64,000 nucleotides of DNA from Azolla caroliniana (GCA_043228905.1 JBHGNT010000001.1:4340001-4404000); one strand, 5' to 3'; shown: positions 12,036 to 25,112, numbered from the stretch's first letter. The notes: generated from the letters alone by a model not told the origin. A program made the numbers and translations.

Positions 12036-14368
12036 AACGAAGGATCCATGGCTAGCCATTGTCTTACACAAGGCGGGATCGGGAAGGATCTATTTTGTAT
12101 TTTGTAGTTGATATGCCTTTTTAAAACTAATGGAAGGATATGTTCTTTAGAAAAAAGAAAATTGTTTCACTATGCATATTTACAAATGTTTCAATGTTTT
12201 GGTAGTAATATGACACCAACCTACCTTTGAGGCTGCGTATGGTGTTTTTCTTTCACGTAGCTTTTATGATCAACGTCACTATTTTTGGGAACTAGAGGAT
12301 GCTTGGTTTAGATGCAATTCCTATTGTATGCTAACAACAATAAGAGGTTGTATTATGTCTCGAAGTGTGTGCAACCTATTTTATTCTCATCGACCATGGA
12401 TGAGTTCTATAATTAGCTCATGCTAATTTTTGGAGCCAAAACAATGTATTATTATGAGAATGTGTGGGATGTGCCATATGGTGTATTGTCTTTCAATGCC
12501 CTTATTGAATGCTTATTTTTTCTCGAGTGTTCTTCTTGAGAAACACCTTGACGTCGTTTTGTGAGGACTTCCTACCATCTACCCTTTTGTGGGCACGGCA
12601 GAGAATGAGTGACAATGCCGCTCAAGCTATTAACACTTAAAACTAACTACAAAACCAACTCTAATCTCATTGTACAACCCCAATCACATTCACATGACAA
12701 CATTAACACTTAGGAATTAGTCGCGTACAAGATTATATGTTTATTTTGTCCCATTGGTCCAATTTGGCATCCACATGAACCATTAAAACTATAATATGTG
12801 GCGGTTTCTTTTCTGGTAAATTCGCATATGAGATATAGAAGTCCTCATAAGTGATAGAACTCGCCAATTGTTAATGGAGTGAGTACGATATTTACTGCTA
12901 TAGGCATAACATGGCATTGTTACCCCATTTTGATAGCAATACTTATTATGGAAAGGAGGCATCTTACCTACTATTTCCAATACGTGAGGCCAATTCATAA
13001 GAGAAGTTGTTTTGGATTTAGGATTCTATATCTTTGATGAATTCACAACCATTCAGAAGGACACAAGCCAAAAACTATGCTTCAAATATAAACGTGATCA
13101 ATTATTTATCCAAGAGTGACATACTTTCTTGGTCATGCAAGAAAATCAAAAGGTGTGAAATAGATAAACTTTAGACTACCATTCAACCCTCTCTGCGTCC
13201 TCCTTCAATGCCTTTCTTCTATAGCAACCAAATGCCAATGCCTTAGGCATCTTGTCTTTGTCCCCCACTCTTTGAATTGAGTTTTTCGTGGTACTTTGTC
13301 TTGGTTAGGTTGGTAATTAAAGTTTTGCACTTGTTTCATGTAACAACCTAGTTTATCTAGAGTAAGACATTGATATACCTTTTATTCGTTGATAATGGAT
13401 AGTTTCCTAGAGTTTTCACTATAAAACTTATGGTGGATTCTACATTCTTGTGTTATTATATTATTTTATTTTATTTTTTTCCAAAAAAGATACTACATTA
13501 GTATTAGAAAACGCCATAAGGCCAAACATACAAAATATACTACCGATCCTCTATGTTTTTCTAAATTCTAACCATCGGCTTAAATAAATACTTTGTTGTT
13601 GAGTAAAACCACTCCACCTTATCAAAAAGCCGTCTATAAAATATACATATGTCCCAAATGGCATGAACCTCCAAATGCTTAAGTTCCGCTTGATGCGTAT
13701 TACCTTTTATACTATCCAACAACCCTCTGAGATTATGCACAATCTCTATCCAATTTCCCGAAATAATAATTATAATAATTAACTTGCCTTAGATTAATTT
13801 TGCTTCCTACTAAAGTAACATAGTGCATTTGGCATTTTAACTACCCTAATAGCACAAGGTTTGAACCTCTCCAATACCAAACATAATAATTGGTTGCAAA
13901 TGGGATGTAGAGAAGAACATCAAACTAGCAATTAAGCTAAGTTTCACACAAATTTAAATAAATTGAGGGAACACATTTTAGATTCTTTATCTCATCATCA
14001 TGAAGCATCATATTTACCAATAGGATAATAGCTCAAAGTTTTCCCTTTCTTAAAGTTGTACCTCCTACACTCTAGCTCCATAATATTGAGAGGTTTTGAG
14101 CTTCCAACACCTTTTTTTAAAGAGTATGATCTATTACTATGGTGCTACGTGAATTGTTGATGATTTCGCCCTTCACTTCTCTCTCATGTCATGTCTAAAC
14201 CATCTCCTTCATAATTTCCATCATCACCAAGTCTTCTCTCATCACTCTGACTCCCTAATCCCTTTTTAATGATAAGGAGCGTGAAACACATTGTTAACAA
14301 GAAAGTGATATCTTGTCAGCTAAAGAGTCTCAAGTGAATGAGGTTTCGTGATTCACATATTTTGTGTT

Positions 14369-14704
14369 TTTTTTTTCCAAAATGAAGCTACTTTCCCATT
14401 AGTTAGGTACGATTATTACAAAGAGACTGTACAAGGAGGTTTAAACATAGATCGGGGAATCTCCCTCCAATCAAGTTCAAGAAATTGAGACTAGTTACAT
14501 CGCCTTTTGGACTGACTACTTAGTGTAAGTACCTACAGCTAAAACAGTGCCCTGTAGTGATGGCTAGTACGAGACAACTCTTGGGATCGACAACAAAGGG
14601 AAGGTGGTAAGTGAGCCAGAAACAGCCAGCGTGGGGGCTGGTAGTTCCACCTCGGGCCACTTCCTCCTTGTGTCATCATAGGCGCGTTCCGCCATTTTTG
14701 CCAA
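14369..14704 (-). mobile_element. 5'-truncated LINE 3' end with 18-bp TSD
   Basis: attcacatattttgtgtt flanks both sides (14351-14368, 14705-14722); poly-T tract at the left end; sequence homologous to 10773-11105. Confidence 0.88.
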
Positions 14705-14720
14705 ATTCACATATTTTGTG

Positions 14721-14721
<1 letters not shown>

Positions 14722-14782
<61 letters not shown>

Positions 14783-14927
14783 AATCGGAGTGGAGTGTTC
14801 GTCTTGCCTATTGGCAATTCAACATGTTCCAATACCCATGTAGTTAGTGGGTGACCATACTCCATTGTGACACCCATTCTAAGTAATGTTTTTCACACAC
14901 ATTTATTAACATAATTGTGTGTTTTCA

Positions 14928-14967
<40 letters not shown>
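14722..14967. repeat. (TG)n(AG)n and (AG)n microsatellites
   Basis: Dinucleotide runs at about 14722-14781 and 14930-14967. Confidence 0.95.
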
Positions 14968-14969
<2 letters not shown>

Positions 14970-15173
14970 AATGACGTTCCAGTAATCGTGTTGAAACATG
15001 TTTCTGATGTAACTTTGTACTCAAAACTCCGTTTTGTATGATTTTTGCCTCGTTGCGAAGCTACTTCAGATAGCTTTCTAAGGATTATTTGGAAGCTAAG
15101 TTTCGTTGTTGTTACAAGAAGCTACAATAAAAATTGACATCGTCTCAGGTTAGTTCTCTCAATCTCTATTAGG

Positions 15174-15721
15174 ATGGCTAACACAACAACAAGAAGTGAG
15201 TTGATGATTGTCGATGGATGCGGTAGTAATGATGGTTGTGAAAATTACAAGAGGCAAAAATGTATTGATTCTATAGAAGATGAGAAAACATCATATGTTG
15301 CTATGCTTGGAGATGATTATGATAATGACAATCGTTGTGATTTTGTTTATGGAAAAAAATGAGAAAGATTCTAAAGATTGTGTGGAGGAGGATGTTGTAG
15401 ACGTGGTGATGGAGACCAAGGCTATGTTAGCAACTTTTGATGGGTCTTATGGTCGTGGTGTTATTTTGTATTACACGAGCGAACTTCCTTTGGTATCATG
15501 GATTAAGCAGTGGTTGAATTCATTCATAATGCCTAATTGTGTTGAGGATGTGTATGTGGGTCCAAGAGGTTTCTATGATGTGGTTTTTCGATCGTCGAAA
15601 CACTAGGACGTTTTTTGGTGATGGAAATCAAGTATTTTGAGGATTTGATATTGTTGGTAGGAATCTATGCACCCAATAATGCTAATCAACGCATTGAATT
15701 ATGGTCTTCAATGTATCCATG
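15174..15721 (+). mobile_element. LINE remnant: ORF1 fragment and start of APE endonuclease
   Basis: ELPLVSWIKQWL...EDVYVGPRGFYDVVF (ORF1-like) followed by LVGIYAPNNANQRIELWSSM (endonuclease YAP motif). Confidence 0.7.
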
Positions 15722-17905
15722 GTTATTAGTGGGCCGTTTTTGTGATGTGGCGTGCTCGAGAGTGGGAAAAACTAGTTAAAGGGGGGGTCAAAATGTGCAT
15801 GTGCAATGTGTGTGCACACAAAGGCAATTAATTGTGCACATGCAAAAGAAAGGGTGGAAAGCAGGTATAGAAACTCGTGTAAAAAGTAAGAGAGAGAAGA
15901 GATAAAAAGTAGAGGGGAGACAGACTATTCATTTGTATATATAGAATTATATACTATATAAGAGAGAGTTAATGGGCTAGTGAATAGTAACATTGACTTC
16001 TAGCTAAAGGTGCTCGGTTCAAATCTGGTCTTACAATGTAGTGTGATTTAAGGAATTTTATTCCTCTTTCATTGAAGACAAAATTGGCGACCCCCCTTCT
16101 TTGACCCCCCTTCTTTTTTGGAGAATGTTTTGGGAGGAGGAGACTCTTCATCTTCTTTTTCACCACTTCTATTCATCTCATACCCCTTCATCCCCTCATC
16201 GCCACGTGCTCGTCTTCTTCGCGTTGGCACTCAAAGTGCTCGTTTACGGTGCTCGTGAGCCCGAGTTCGTTGGTTCGACGTTGCTTCGCTACGTTCGTCG
16301 TTGCCAGCCCGTGTGCTCACCGTTCGGGTGGTCGTGGTTCGTTGCGGTCGGCATTTTTGTGGTGCTCGTGTGTTCGTCTTCGACGTGTTCGTGCTCTGTG
16401 GTCGGATTTGCTCTTGTCTCTAAGGACATTTAGTATTTATGTTTTGTTGAGCTTGTGATTAACTACAAGTTGTCACATTGTAATCAAACCCTATTTTATA
16501 AAGGGCCCTCTTGTGTTGGAATTGAACACATATTTATTTCTTTAGCCAATATCATTCGTGTTTTTCTTTCTTTCTTTCTTTCTTTCTTTGTTCTCGTCCA
16601 CTTGTACGTTCGGTCGTGTTGTGATGAGGGAACGTTTCGGGCGTGCCCATGCACCTCTCCTCCTCATAAAGGCGTACGAGCATTCTTGCGTGTGTTTGTG
16701 TCTTCCTTGTATGTCCGGTCGTCTTTTCACAAGGGAGCGTTTCGGGCGTGCCCATGCACCTCTCCTCCTCATAAAGGCGTACGAGCATTTGTGCGTGTGT
16801 TTGTGTCTTCCTTGTTTGTTCGGCCATCTTGTGACAAGGGAGTGTTTCAAGCGTGCCCATGCACCTCTCCTCCTCATAAAGGCATACGAGCATTTGTGGG
16901 TGTGTTTGTGTCTTCCTTGTACATTCGGTCATCTTTTCACGAGGGAACGTTTCGGGCGTGCCCATGCACCTCTCCTCCTCATAAAGACATATGAGCATTT
17001 GTGCATGTGTTTGTGTCTTCCTTGTCCGTTCGGCCGTCTTGTGACAAGGGAGCGTTTCGAGCGTGCCCATGCACCTCTCCTCCTCATAAAGGCGTACGAG
17101 CATTTGTGCATGTGTTTGTGTCTTCCTTGTACGTTCGACCGTCTTTTCACGAGGGAGCGTTTCGGGCGTGCCCATGCACCTCTCCTCCTCATAAAGGCGT
17201 ATGAGCATTTGTGCATGTGTTTGAGTCTTCGTTGTACGTTCGACCGTCTTTTCACGAGGGAGCGTTTCGGGCGTGCCCATGCACCTCTCCTCCTCATAAA
17301 GACTTACGAGCATTTGTGCGTGTGTTTGTGTCTTCCTTGTACGTTCGACCGTCTTATGACGAGGGAGCGTTTCAGGCGTGCCCATGCACCTCTCCTCCTC
17401 ATAAAGACGTACGAGCATTTTTGCGTGTGTTTGTGTCTTCCTTGTACGTTCAACTGTCTTGTGACGAGGGAGTGTTTTAGGTGTGCCCATGCACCTCTCC
17501 TCCTCGTAAAGACGTACAAGCATTTGTGTGTGTGTTTTGTGTCTTCCTTGTACGTTCGACGTCTTGTGACAAGGGAGCGTTCGGGCGTGCCCATGCACTC
17601 CTCCTCATAAAGACATACGGGCATTCGTGTTTGTATTATCGTCCCCTTGTGCATTCATCTTGCGTGCTCATCTTTACTTGTACCCGTTTGATCACTAGCT
17701 CGTGTAGTGATCTCGAAAACTCGTCTAGTCATGATCAACGAAAGCCATAGGCCTCACAAAAGTGGCAACGAGCCCTTGCTTGGGAAGGGGTCGGGAAATA
17801 ATTGTCGTAAAGCAAACCTCGGGTCTTCTCTATCCCTTCAGTACTCCCTAGTCCAAGACCCCCGTGGTCCCGACCAAGTAACACATGCGCGGAAACATCG
17901 CGACA
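15722..17905. mobile_element. ~2.2-kb insertion, probably a solo LTR
   Basis: Flanked by 5-bp direct repeat ccatg (15717-15721, 17906-17910); ends in ...gaca; internal TATA-like ctattttataaaggg at about 16491; splits the LINE endonuclease between the YAP and GDFN motifs. The 5' terminal TG is not intact. Confidence 0.65.
16590..17635. repeat. Tandem array of about 10 x 105 bp
   Basis: gtgcccatgcac recurs at 16643, 16748, 16853, 16958, 17063, 17168, 17273, 17378, about 17483 and about 17587. Confidence 0.97.
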
Positions 17906-18056
17906 CCATGCTGGTTTGTTAATGGGTGATTTTAATATGTGTGTTGATGTTTCACAATCTACTTCACGATTCTCATTGTTGGATTCTCTCGAGCAAGTAG
18001 TTTGGGACAAATTGGCATCAGAGGTTTTGAAGTTAGATGTATGGAAATGGTTGCAT
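17906..18056 (+). mobile_element. LINE endonuclease remnant, continuation
   Basis: AGLLMGDFNMCVDVSQST...LKLDVWKWLH contains the GDFN and D.W motifs of the APE domain. Confidence 0.8.
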
Positions 18057-18063
18057 AGAGAGA

Positions 18064-19170
18064 TTCCCTAGATGGATGTAGCTCAATTGGTAAGGTTGCC
18101 CAATGGAGACTAGGAGGTGATGGGTTCAACCCCTACATTCCATAGTGCCATCTAGTGAATTAAATGAGATACCTAAGGTGAGATAATTGGTTAGGGTAAG
18201 GTACTTGTGATAAGAGAGAGAGAGAGAGTTTGCTCAGATGGGTGTAGCTCAGTTGGTAAAGTTGCCCAATGGAGACCAGGAGGTCATGGGTTCAACCCCC
18301 ACATTCCACAATGGCATTTAGTAAATTAAGAGATACATATGAAGTATATAATAGAGAGGTGAGAAAATTGGGTTTCGAACCACATTGAGAGAGAGAGAGA
18401 GGGTTGCCCAATGGAGACCACCCAAGAGGTGAAGTATATAATAGAGAGGTGAGAAATTTGGGTTTCGAACCACGATGAGAGAGAGAGTTGCCCAATGGAG
18501 ACCATGGGTTTAACCCCTACATTCCACAATGGCATCTAGTGAATTAAGAGATACATATGATATGAAGTATATAATAGAGAAGTGAGAAATTTGGGTTTCG
18601 AACCACGATGAGAAAGGGAGAGAGTTGCCTAGATGGGTGTAGCTCAATCGGTAAGGTTGCCCAATGGAGGCCAGGAGGTCATGGGTTCAACCCCTACATT
18701 CCACAATGGCATCTAGTGAATTAAGAGATACATATGAAGTATATAATAGAGAGGTGAGAAATTTGGGTTATGAACCACGAGAGAGAGAGAGAGTTGCCTA
18801 GATGGGTGTAGCTCAATCAGTAAGGTTGCCCAATGGAGACCAGGAGGTCATGGGTTCAACCCCTACATTCCACAATGGCATCTAATGAATTACGAGATAC
18901 ATATGAAGTATATAATAGAGAGGTGAGAAATTTGGGTTACGAACCACGATAAGAGAGAAAGAGAAAGAGTTGCCCAAATGGATGTAGCCTAGTCGATAAG
19001 GTTTCCCAATGGAGACCAGGAGGTCATGGGTTCAACCCCTACATTTTACAATGGCATCTAGTATATGGACTATTAAAAAGGTGAGAGATTGGTTTCGAAC
19101 CCAAGAAGTAGTGCTAATAGTTTTAACAACTTACCACTAAGGTTAGCTAATTACGATAAAGAGAGAGAGA
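18064..19170 (+). repeat. Head-to-tail array of tRNA-derived SINE-like units (~170 bp; 5 full and 2 internally deleted)
   Basis: Each full unit has an A box (gtagctcaatyggtaa), a B box (gggttcaacccc), an AT-rich body and a (GA)n tail. Confidence 0.85.
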
Positions 19171-19265
19171 GCCTTTATGGATCTTGAGTTAGGTCTCATC
19201 TATCATATTACAAGGAGGATAATTATTGGGCCATAGAAAATGAGCTACAATCTTGCATGATCAGT

Positions 19266-19475
19266 GTCTTGTTCATGTCAATTACCTACCCTCTAGAAAG
19301 GTTCACAACAATCCCTGATCTAAGGAGGAGGGAGTAAGCATGCTCTTGCCAATTCAATTTGAGCACAAAAAAAAAGTCTTGTTCATGTCAATTACCCTCT
19401 AGAAAGGTTCACAACAATCCTTGATCTAAGGAGGAGGGAGCAAGCATGTTCTTGCCAATTCAATTTGAGCACAAA
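19266..19475. repeat. Tandem duplication, ~105-110 bp
   Basis: gtcttgttcatgtcaattacc...caatttgagcacaaa occurs twice. Confidence 0.9.
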
Positions 19476-20676
19476 GAATATCAATGTAGGTTTGAATATT
19501 CAAAATATGTGTCCTAAGAAATTATACTACTATTAACTAGATACTTGCTAATGATTGGATTCCAAAACATAATGGATGTAAAGGGGGAATAACAACTCTT
19601 CCATCCTCTTATAGCTTGAACACTTTCCTCTTATATTTATAGTTTACGGTCCTTACTTCTAGGCTTAGCTAAGACAAATGCATTGCAAATGTTTTCATAT
19701 CCCTCATTTCCTTGGAAAGAGAGTTTTAAATGATAAATTCATCCAAATTTTCTTCAATTGTTGTACAAAATTAATCCAAAATGTCACTATCTATGAAATT
19801 TCCAAATTGTCTTATTGTAATTTAGAGTTTTATGACTACTACATTCCTCATGCAACATGAACTAATACGCAATATGTGCATATTTCAAACAATCCATTCG
19901 AGATTGTCACATGACTAACCAATACAATTATTTCACTCATATAATCCATTCTTGGAACCATGACTAAACAACCTCAAGAATCATGTTGGTGACATGATGA
20001 GTCAATTTTATCGTCCATCTATAGATATTTTTAGTAGTTACATACCTCCTCCAAATCTAAATTATATAATTTTCATTGGGAATTTATTCTATGGACTTGA
20101 ACATCATTAATTTCCGAGGGCTAACATATAAGTGGTAACAAACCAATGGTAACAAAAGTCTCCCAATATGGTAATGGTAGCATAATGGTGTTGCATGTTT
20201 AAATCATGTGCTACGTTAGTACGTAGGTGCACACAAAAAAATGTAAAATTTGAGTAGGAAAATGGTGCCCACTTCACGAAGATCATGGTGCAACACTTAC
20301 TGAGAATGAGATTGGAGATTGTCATGAGGGAATTCTTACTAAAGAGAATGGCTTGGTCATGATACCTTGTTGAACACTATTTTTATGTTTATTATAAACG
20401 AGGGTACAAAGTAAGTGCTACATCATGGGGGGTCTTGATTTGCATGCACCCCATTGAAAGTATCAGGACCTTTGATTTAAGTTGATGCAATTCCGACACG
20501 TACATCCTCTATCACAATAGAGTACAAGGTTGACATGTTTCATTTATTTATCTCTTCACATTATATATTCTTAAAATTATTTTGAAACCCCAAAATGATG
20601 TCTATACTATTATTATATATAACAAGATTGTACTCATGGTTTAGTAAATATGTGTGTTGATAGGTTTTGAGCATTA

Positions 20677-21469
20677 TTAGTCAATAAAGAAATAGTTAGT
20701 ATCGAACCACAATTGCTTCATTGTTCGCTTCGCCCATGATTTGTCATTTGTAATATTTTTGAGAGGCAACGAAGTTCCCCTTATGAGTGTTTGGGTGTGT
20801 GAGTTTGTCCCAAAATATAGTGATGAATTAGGTATAAAATATATAAACGTGGGCACGTGATATCAAAATGTTTAGGCTCAAGAGAGTTACGTTGTACAAC
20901 CTGCAATTTCATAATGTGAATCGAGATATTAGATGATAAAATAACAAAATAAAACTATTGTAAGGCAAAACACATAACAAGTGTCAAGAGTTGGATTGAA
21001 AAATAAAGAAGTCATGGTAGGGTTAAATGTGATCATAGCAAAGCAAAAACTTTGGAATTTGGAATTTATAAGCTTAGTCAATAAAGAAATGGTTAGTATC
21101 AAGCTACAATTGCTTCATTGTTCGCTTAGCCCATGATTTGTCATTTGTAATATTTTTGAGAGGCAACGAAGTTGCCATTATGAGTGTTTGGGTGTGTGAG
21201 TTTGTCCCAAAATATAGTGGTGAATTAGCTATATAATATATAAACGTGTGCATGCGATATCAAAATGTTTAGGCTCAAGATAGTTACATTGTACAACCTG
21301 CAATTTCATTATGTAAATCAAGATATTCTATTATAAAATAACACGATAAACCTATTGTAAGGCGAACACATAACAAGTGTCAAGAGTTGGATCGAAAAAT
21401 AAAGAAGTCGTGGTAGGGCTAAATGTGACCATAGCAAAGCAGAAACTTAGAAATTTGGAATTTATAAGC
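20677..21469. repeat. Tandem duplication, 397-bp period
   Basis: ttagtcaataaagaaat...ggaatttataagc at 20677-21073 and 21074-21469. Confidence 0.95.
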
Positions 21470-23299
21470 ATATCCATTTTCATGCTATTCCATTGTCACT
21501 TGTTCACATTCCCGATACAATTTTAAATATCCATTCAAGAACATGTAATTGGGTAGATTTGCAAATTCGCATTTCAAGGTTGCAAGTATCGCAACCAATA
21601 ATGGACTTCGTAGGTTTGACTTAAGTCTATGAACCACTTCATAAGGCCATTATAAAATAGTAAATCATTCATTTATATTTCGAGGAGTTTTGCCTATTCA
21701 TGTTATAATCCATTTAATAAACGTCGACACTCAAATGTGTATAGTGTAACCTAATTGTTGTCTAAATACCTCATTTTAGCCAATTCATCCATAATGCACT
21801 CTAGCATGCATGACAAAGGCATCTCCAAGTTTAGACTTCTCCATCTTTGGGAAACCCTACTTCTTATCTATTGCCCCGTTTGTTTCATCGACAATCCTTC
21901 ATTCTATCAATATCATACGCAATATCTTCAAACTTAGGTTGACAATGTGTCATTCGTAAAAATATCTAACAATAACACTTGACTTGAATGTATCATGAGA
22001 TTTTAAAGAGCTTTGCTTACATATGCTTATATACACATGGAAAGGGATGCATAATTATTAATGAAAGAAACATAACTAAGCATGTAGTTTTATTTGTGTG
22101 GAGATTATTCCCATTAATTACTACCATATGTCATGATTGCCTCTATGGTGCCAAATTTGAGTATGCTAGCATGAGAGCACATGTACAACTCTACTTTTTT
22201 TGGTTCGTCGAGCCAATGAGGTGGTCGAAACCCTACAACCATTTGCAAATTTTGCTATACCACTTCATTTATTAAGAAGAAAATTACCTAAAGTAGTTGT
22301 AGAACAAGAATAACCAACTTCGCTAAATATTTCCGGAAAAAAGAAAGTTCTTATTAGCCCCCTAACATGTGTGATACTTTTATGCATAACTTTGTTATTG
22401 GTTAGAATGTTAATCCTCAACAAGGAACCATGGTCACGACTCACCACCAAATGTTTGTTTCATAGCCAATTTTGTGAATAGTTTTTTTTAATACAATGGT
22501 CGTAATGAGTGGAGTCAAAACAATTTCTAAGATGAAGTCGCACTCAACATGTCGAGAAGTCCATATATTTGGAGGTCTTGCACTTTTCTAGTTCAAGAAC
22601 AAATATGAGGATGGACATCTATGAACCTTGGTTGTGATACTATGGTTATAACTTATAACTTATATCTTTGTAAATTACAAATCCCTTATATGTTTAAAGC
22701 TTTATGAGGAAACAAAGTCAATGAAAAAACTAGATGTTCATGATAATTTTGTCCACAATTGCATTTTGAATATATTGTCCCACATAGTTGACGAGAAAGT
22801 TAGTCTCCTAAGAATAGCTAATGTCTATGGATTGTCAAACACAAATATATGAACGTAAAGGTCAATACAATTGGAAGTTGAGCTACCAAACCCACACATT
22901 AATTTCCATGTTGTATAACTAATATTATGTTCTAATTTGAATGGTGCTACCCCTACATTCAATTAGAGCTTTAACATATATAGCCTTGTTGGGAAATAGA
23001 ATGTTGGAACAAATTTTATGTAAGTTCAATTATGAGATGGTAAATGACAAATCAGCTCATGTGGTTTCATTTTTGCCAAATACTTATTTTCAAAACAAAA
23101 CCTATTTTTGGTTGATATGTCTTGGTTGCCTTTTTAGTACCATGATTCATGTTTGGTTGAATCTACAACATTACCTTGCTCATATTAGTTTGGTTAACGG
23201 TCACAAAAGTCATTTAAGTATCACAAAAACATGGATATGTGATACTTCTTAAATTGTACTAGATTTTATTGCTATTCTTTCAAAGATGAAATGTTGGCG

Positions 23300-23720
23300 C
23301 TAATAGAACCTTGGGTAAGAGTTCTTTTGTGGTGAGATCTTTGTCAAATGACAAGTTTTGGAACCACCTATTGGATTGATGTGGACTATAGCATGTAGTG
23401 GGTTATTGTGGAAAATGCATCACTCCATTATTATGTGCAAATTTACTCCAACATAATGCAAATGACTACAAATGCCTTTCAATTGGCAAGTTGTTTATGA
23501 ACAATATTTGGTCATTGCATGGGTTTCCACACACTATAATTAATGATTCTTACCTTGACACTACTAGTTTTATTACTGCTATTCATCAAATAAAATGGTC
23601 CAACATGTTGTCTTAATCACCAACGTCTATGATAGTTTGGCCTAGTTTGTGCACCAAGGTATCAAACTTAGGACCTCATGGTCTGATTTACTTATTGTTG
23701 GGGACCTTGTAACAAGCTTT
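23300..23720 (+). mobile_element. Highly degraded Ty3/Gypsy integrase remnant
   Basis: IGKLFMNNIWSLHGFPHTIINDS resembles the Gypsy integrase motif LF...IV.LHG.P..IVSD. Confidence 0.55.
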
Positions 23721-25033
23721 GACTCAAGCTAGTTCCTAGCATAGCATATCAAGGTATGTGAGTGATGCTTAAAAGACAAGAAAATAAAGAGAACTAGTTA
23801 ACATATTTTTTAAATTAAATCGTATTTTCAAACTAATACTCAGGGGGTCGAACAAACTCCTAGATTTATCTAGACCCAACTTGACCTTGGATACATATAT
23901 ACACATAAAAGAAAGATCAATTTTTGTAGGTTTTATTATTTTGTCATGTTTCCACTTTCACTCTTGTTTCAATACAATAAATCACTTAAATATTAGCCCA
24001 TTGTGTGTGTGTTGGGGGGAAGGGAGATGGAGGGAGGGATCATCTTACTTAGAGTAAGTATATCAAATATTTGCTCGAGGAAAATTAATTTAATACTAAG
24101 CACGATTCGGGGCTTGAAAACAGCAAATGTTTTTATTTGAATGTTGTCTGCACAAGAATTTGACACTTAAAATATCAAATGTTTGGTTTCTAGGCATGTG
24201 AACAAGAATTTGATGCGTCAATACTCAATATTGAATTCTTGCATCAAAACATTTGAAACAAGGATTGGATTAAACAAGAATTTGAAACTTACTAATAAAG
24301 TCTTGTTTCTAAAGGATTCTTGCTATTTTGTAGATTTGGAATGACAGAGCCATTTTTTATTACTCTCACTTTTGATCGTCTACAAGGAAATAGACAATCG
24401 GTATTGCACTTAATGTTATTATCATGATTCACAATTATAGGTGCATTAAATCTTTTTAAATGGCAGGTATAAATAGTATATTGGAGTTTTGATGTGTAAA
24501 GCTTCAATCCATAAACTTCACAATTTTTTGTAGCTTTGTTTTTAGGAAATTTGAGAATAAGATACTATATAAATTGGTTCTTTTCAAAATAGAGCTTATT
24601 GTTCATAGTTTTACAAATTTGAACAAGATTAAAAGGGATGTTCCCCAAAATATAGCTATGTAACTAGCATTTGTTCATGTGTTGGGAATAGTTAAGGGAA
24701 CTTAAACATCGTTCATTCATAATGTCATCGTCAACCTCGTTATTTTATTTATGTCGTGCTCATATTGGTATTTGTGTGCCTTATTGGCAACTTAATTTGT
24801 CAAATGCAAGGGGAAGGCAACACATGTATTACTTTTTGGTATTTGTATTGAAACGTGCATTACTTGTTTGTAGACATTCATTTCGTGCTTATTAGTTTGC
24901 TCTTTTGTAAAGGTAACGTACACCTCGTACAATATATTCCTAAGCGAACTACGCTCGTGAAAACTATTGTGGCAACCTTCTACAATCTTTAAAGTTTAAT
25001 TGATCAAGAATGTGTGTGTGTGCCACTCATGTT

Positions 25034-25112
25034 TTATATTGAAGGATGTGTTTATAACCCACCGACGACGTGAAACGTCGTCGATGGGTTATAAACACAT
25101 CCTTCAATATAA
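25034..25112. repeat. 38-bp near-perfect palindrome with 3-nt loop
   Basis: ttatattgaaggatgtgtttataacccaccgacgacgt-gaa-acgtcgtcgatgggttataaacacatccttcaatataa; one mismatch between arms. Confidence 0.95.

Noticed and set aside
15714-15770. PWLLVGRFCDV read as the LINE GDFN motif
   Set aside because: A better GDFN motif resumes at about 17925 after the ccatg duplication, so this is probably chance; it does add some uncertainty to the left boundary of the insert.
16552-17610. 348-aa and 350-aa ORFs on opposite strands
   Set aside because: They arise from a 105-bp unit (a multiple of 3) without stops in those frames; no domain similarity is visible and they lie inside a TE-like insert.
16590-19170. 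CRISPR-like arrays
   Set aside because: Whole units are repeated with no unique spacers, no cas genes are present, and the context is eukaryotic.
18064-19170. Functional tRNA gene cluster
   Set aside because: A and B boxes are present, but I could not fold a canonical anticodon arm and acceptor stem, and there is no oligo-T terminator; treated as SINE-like.
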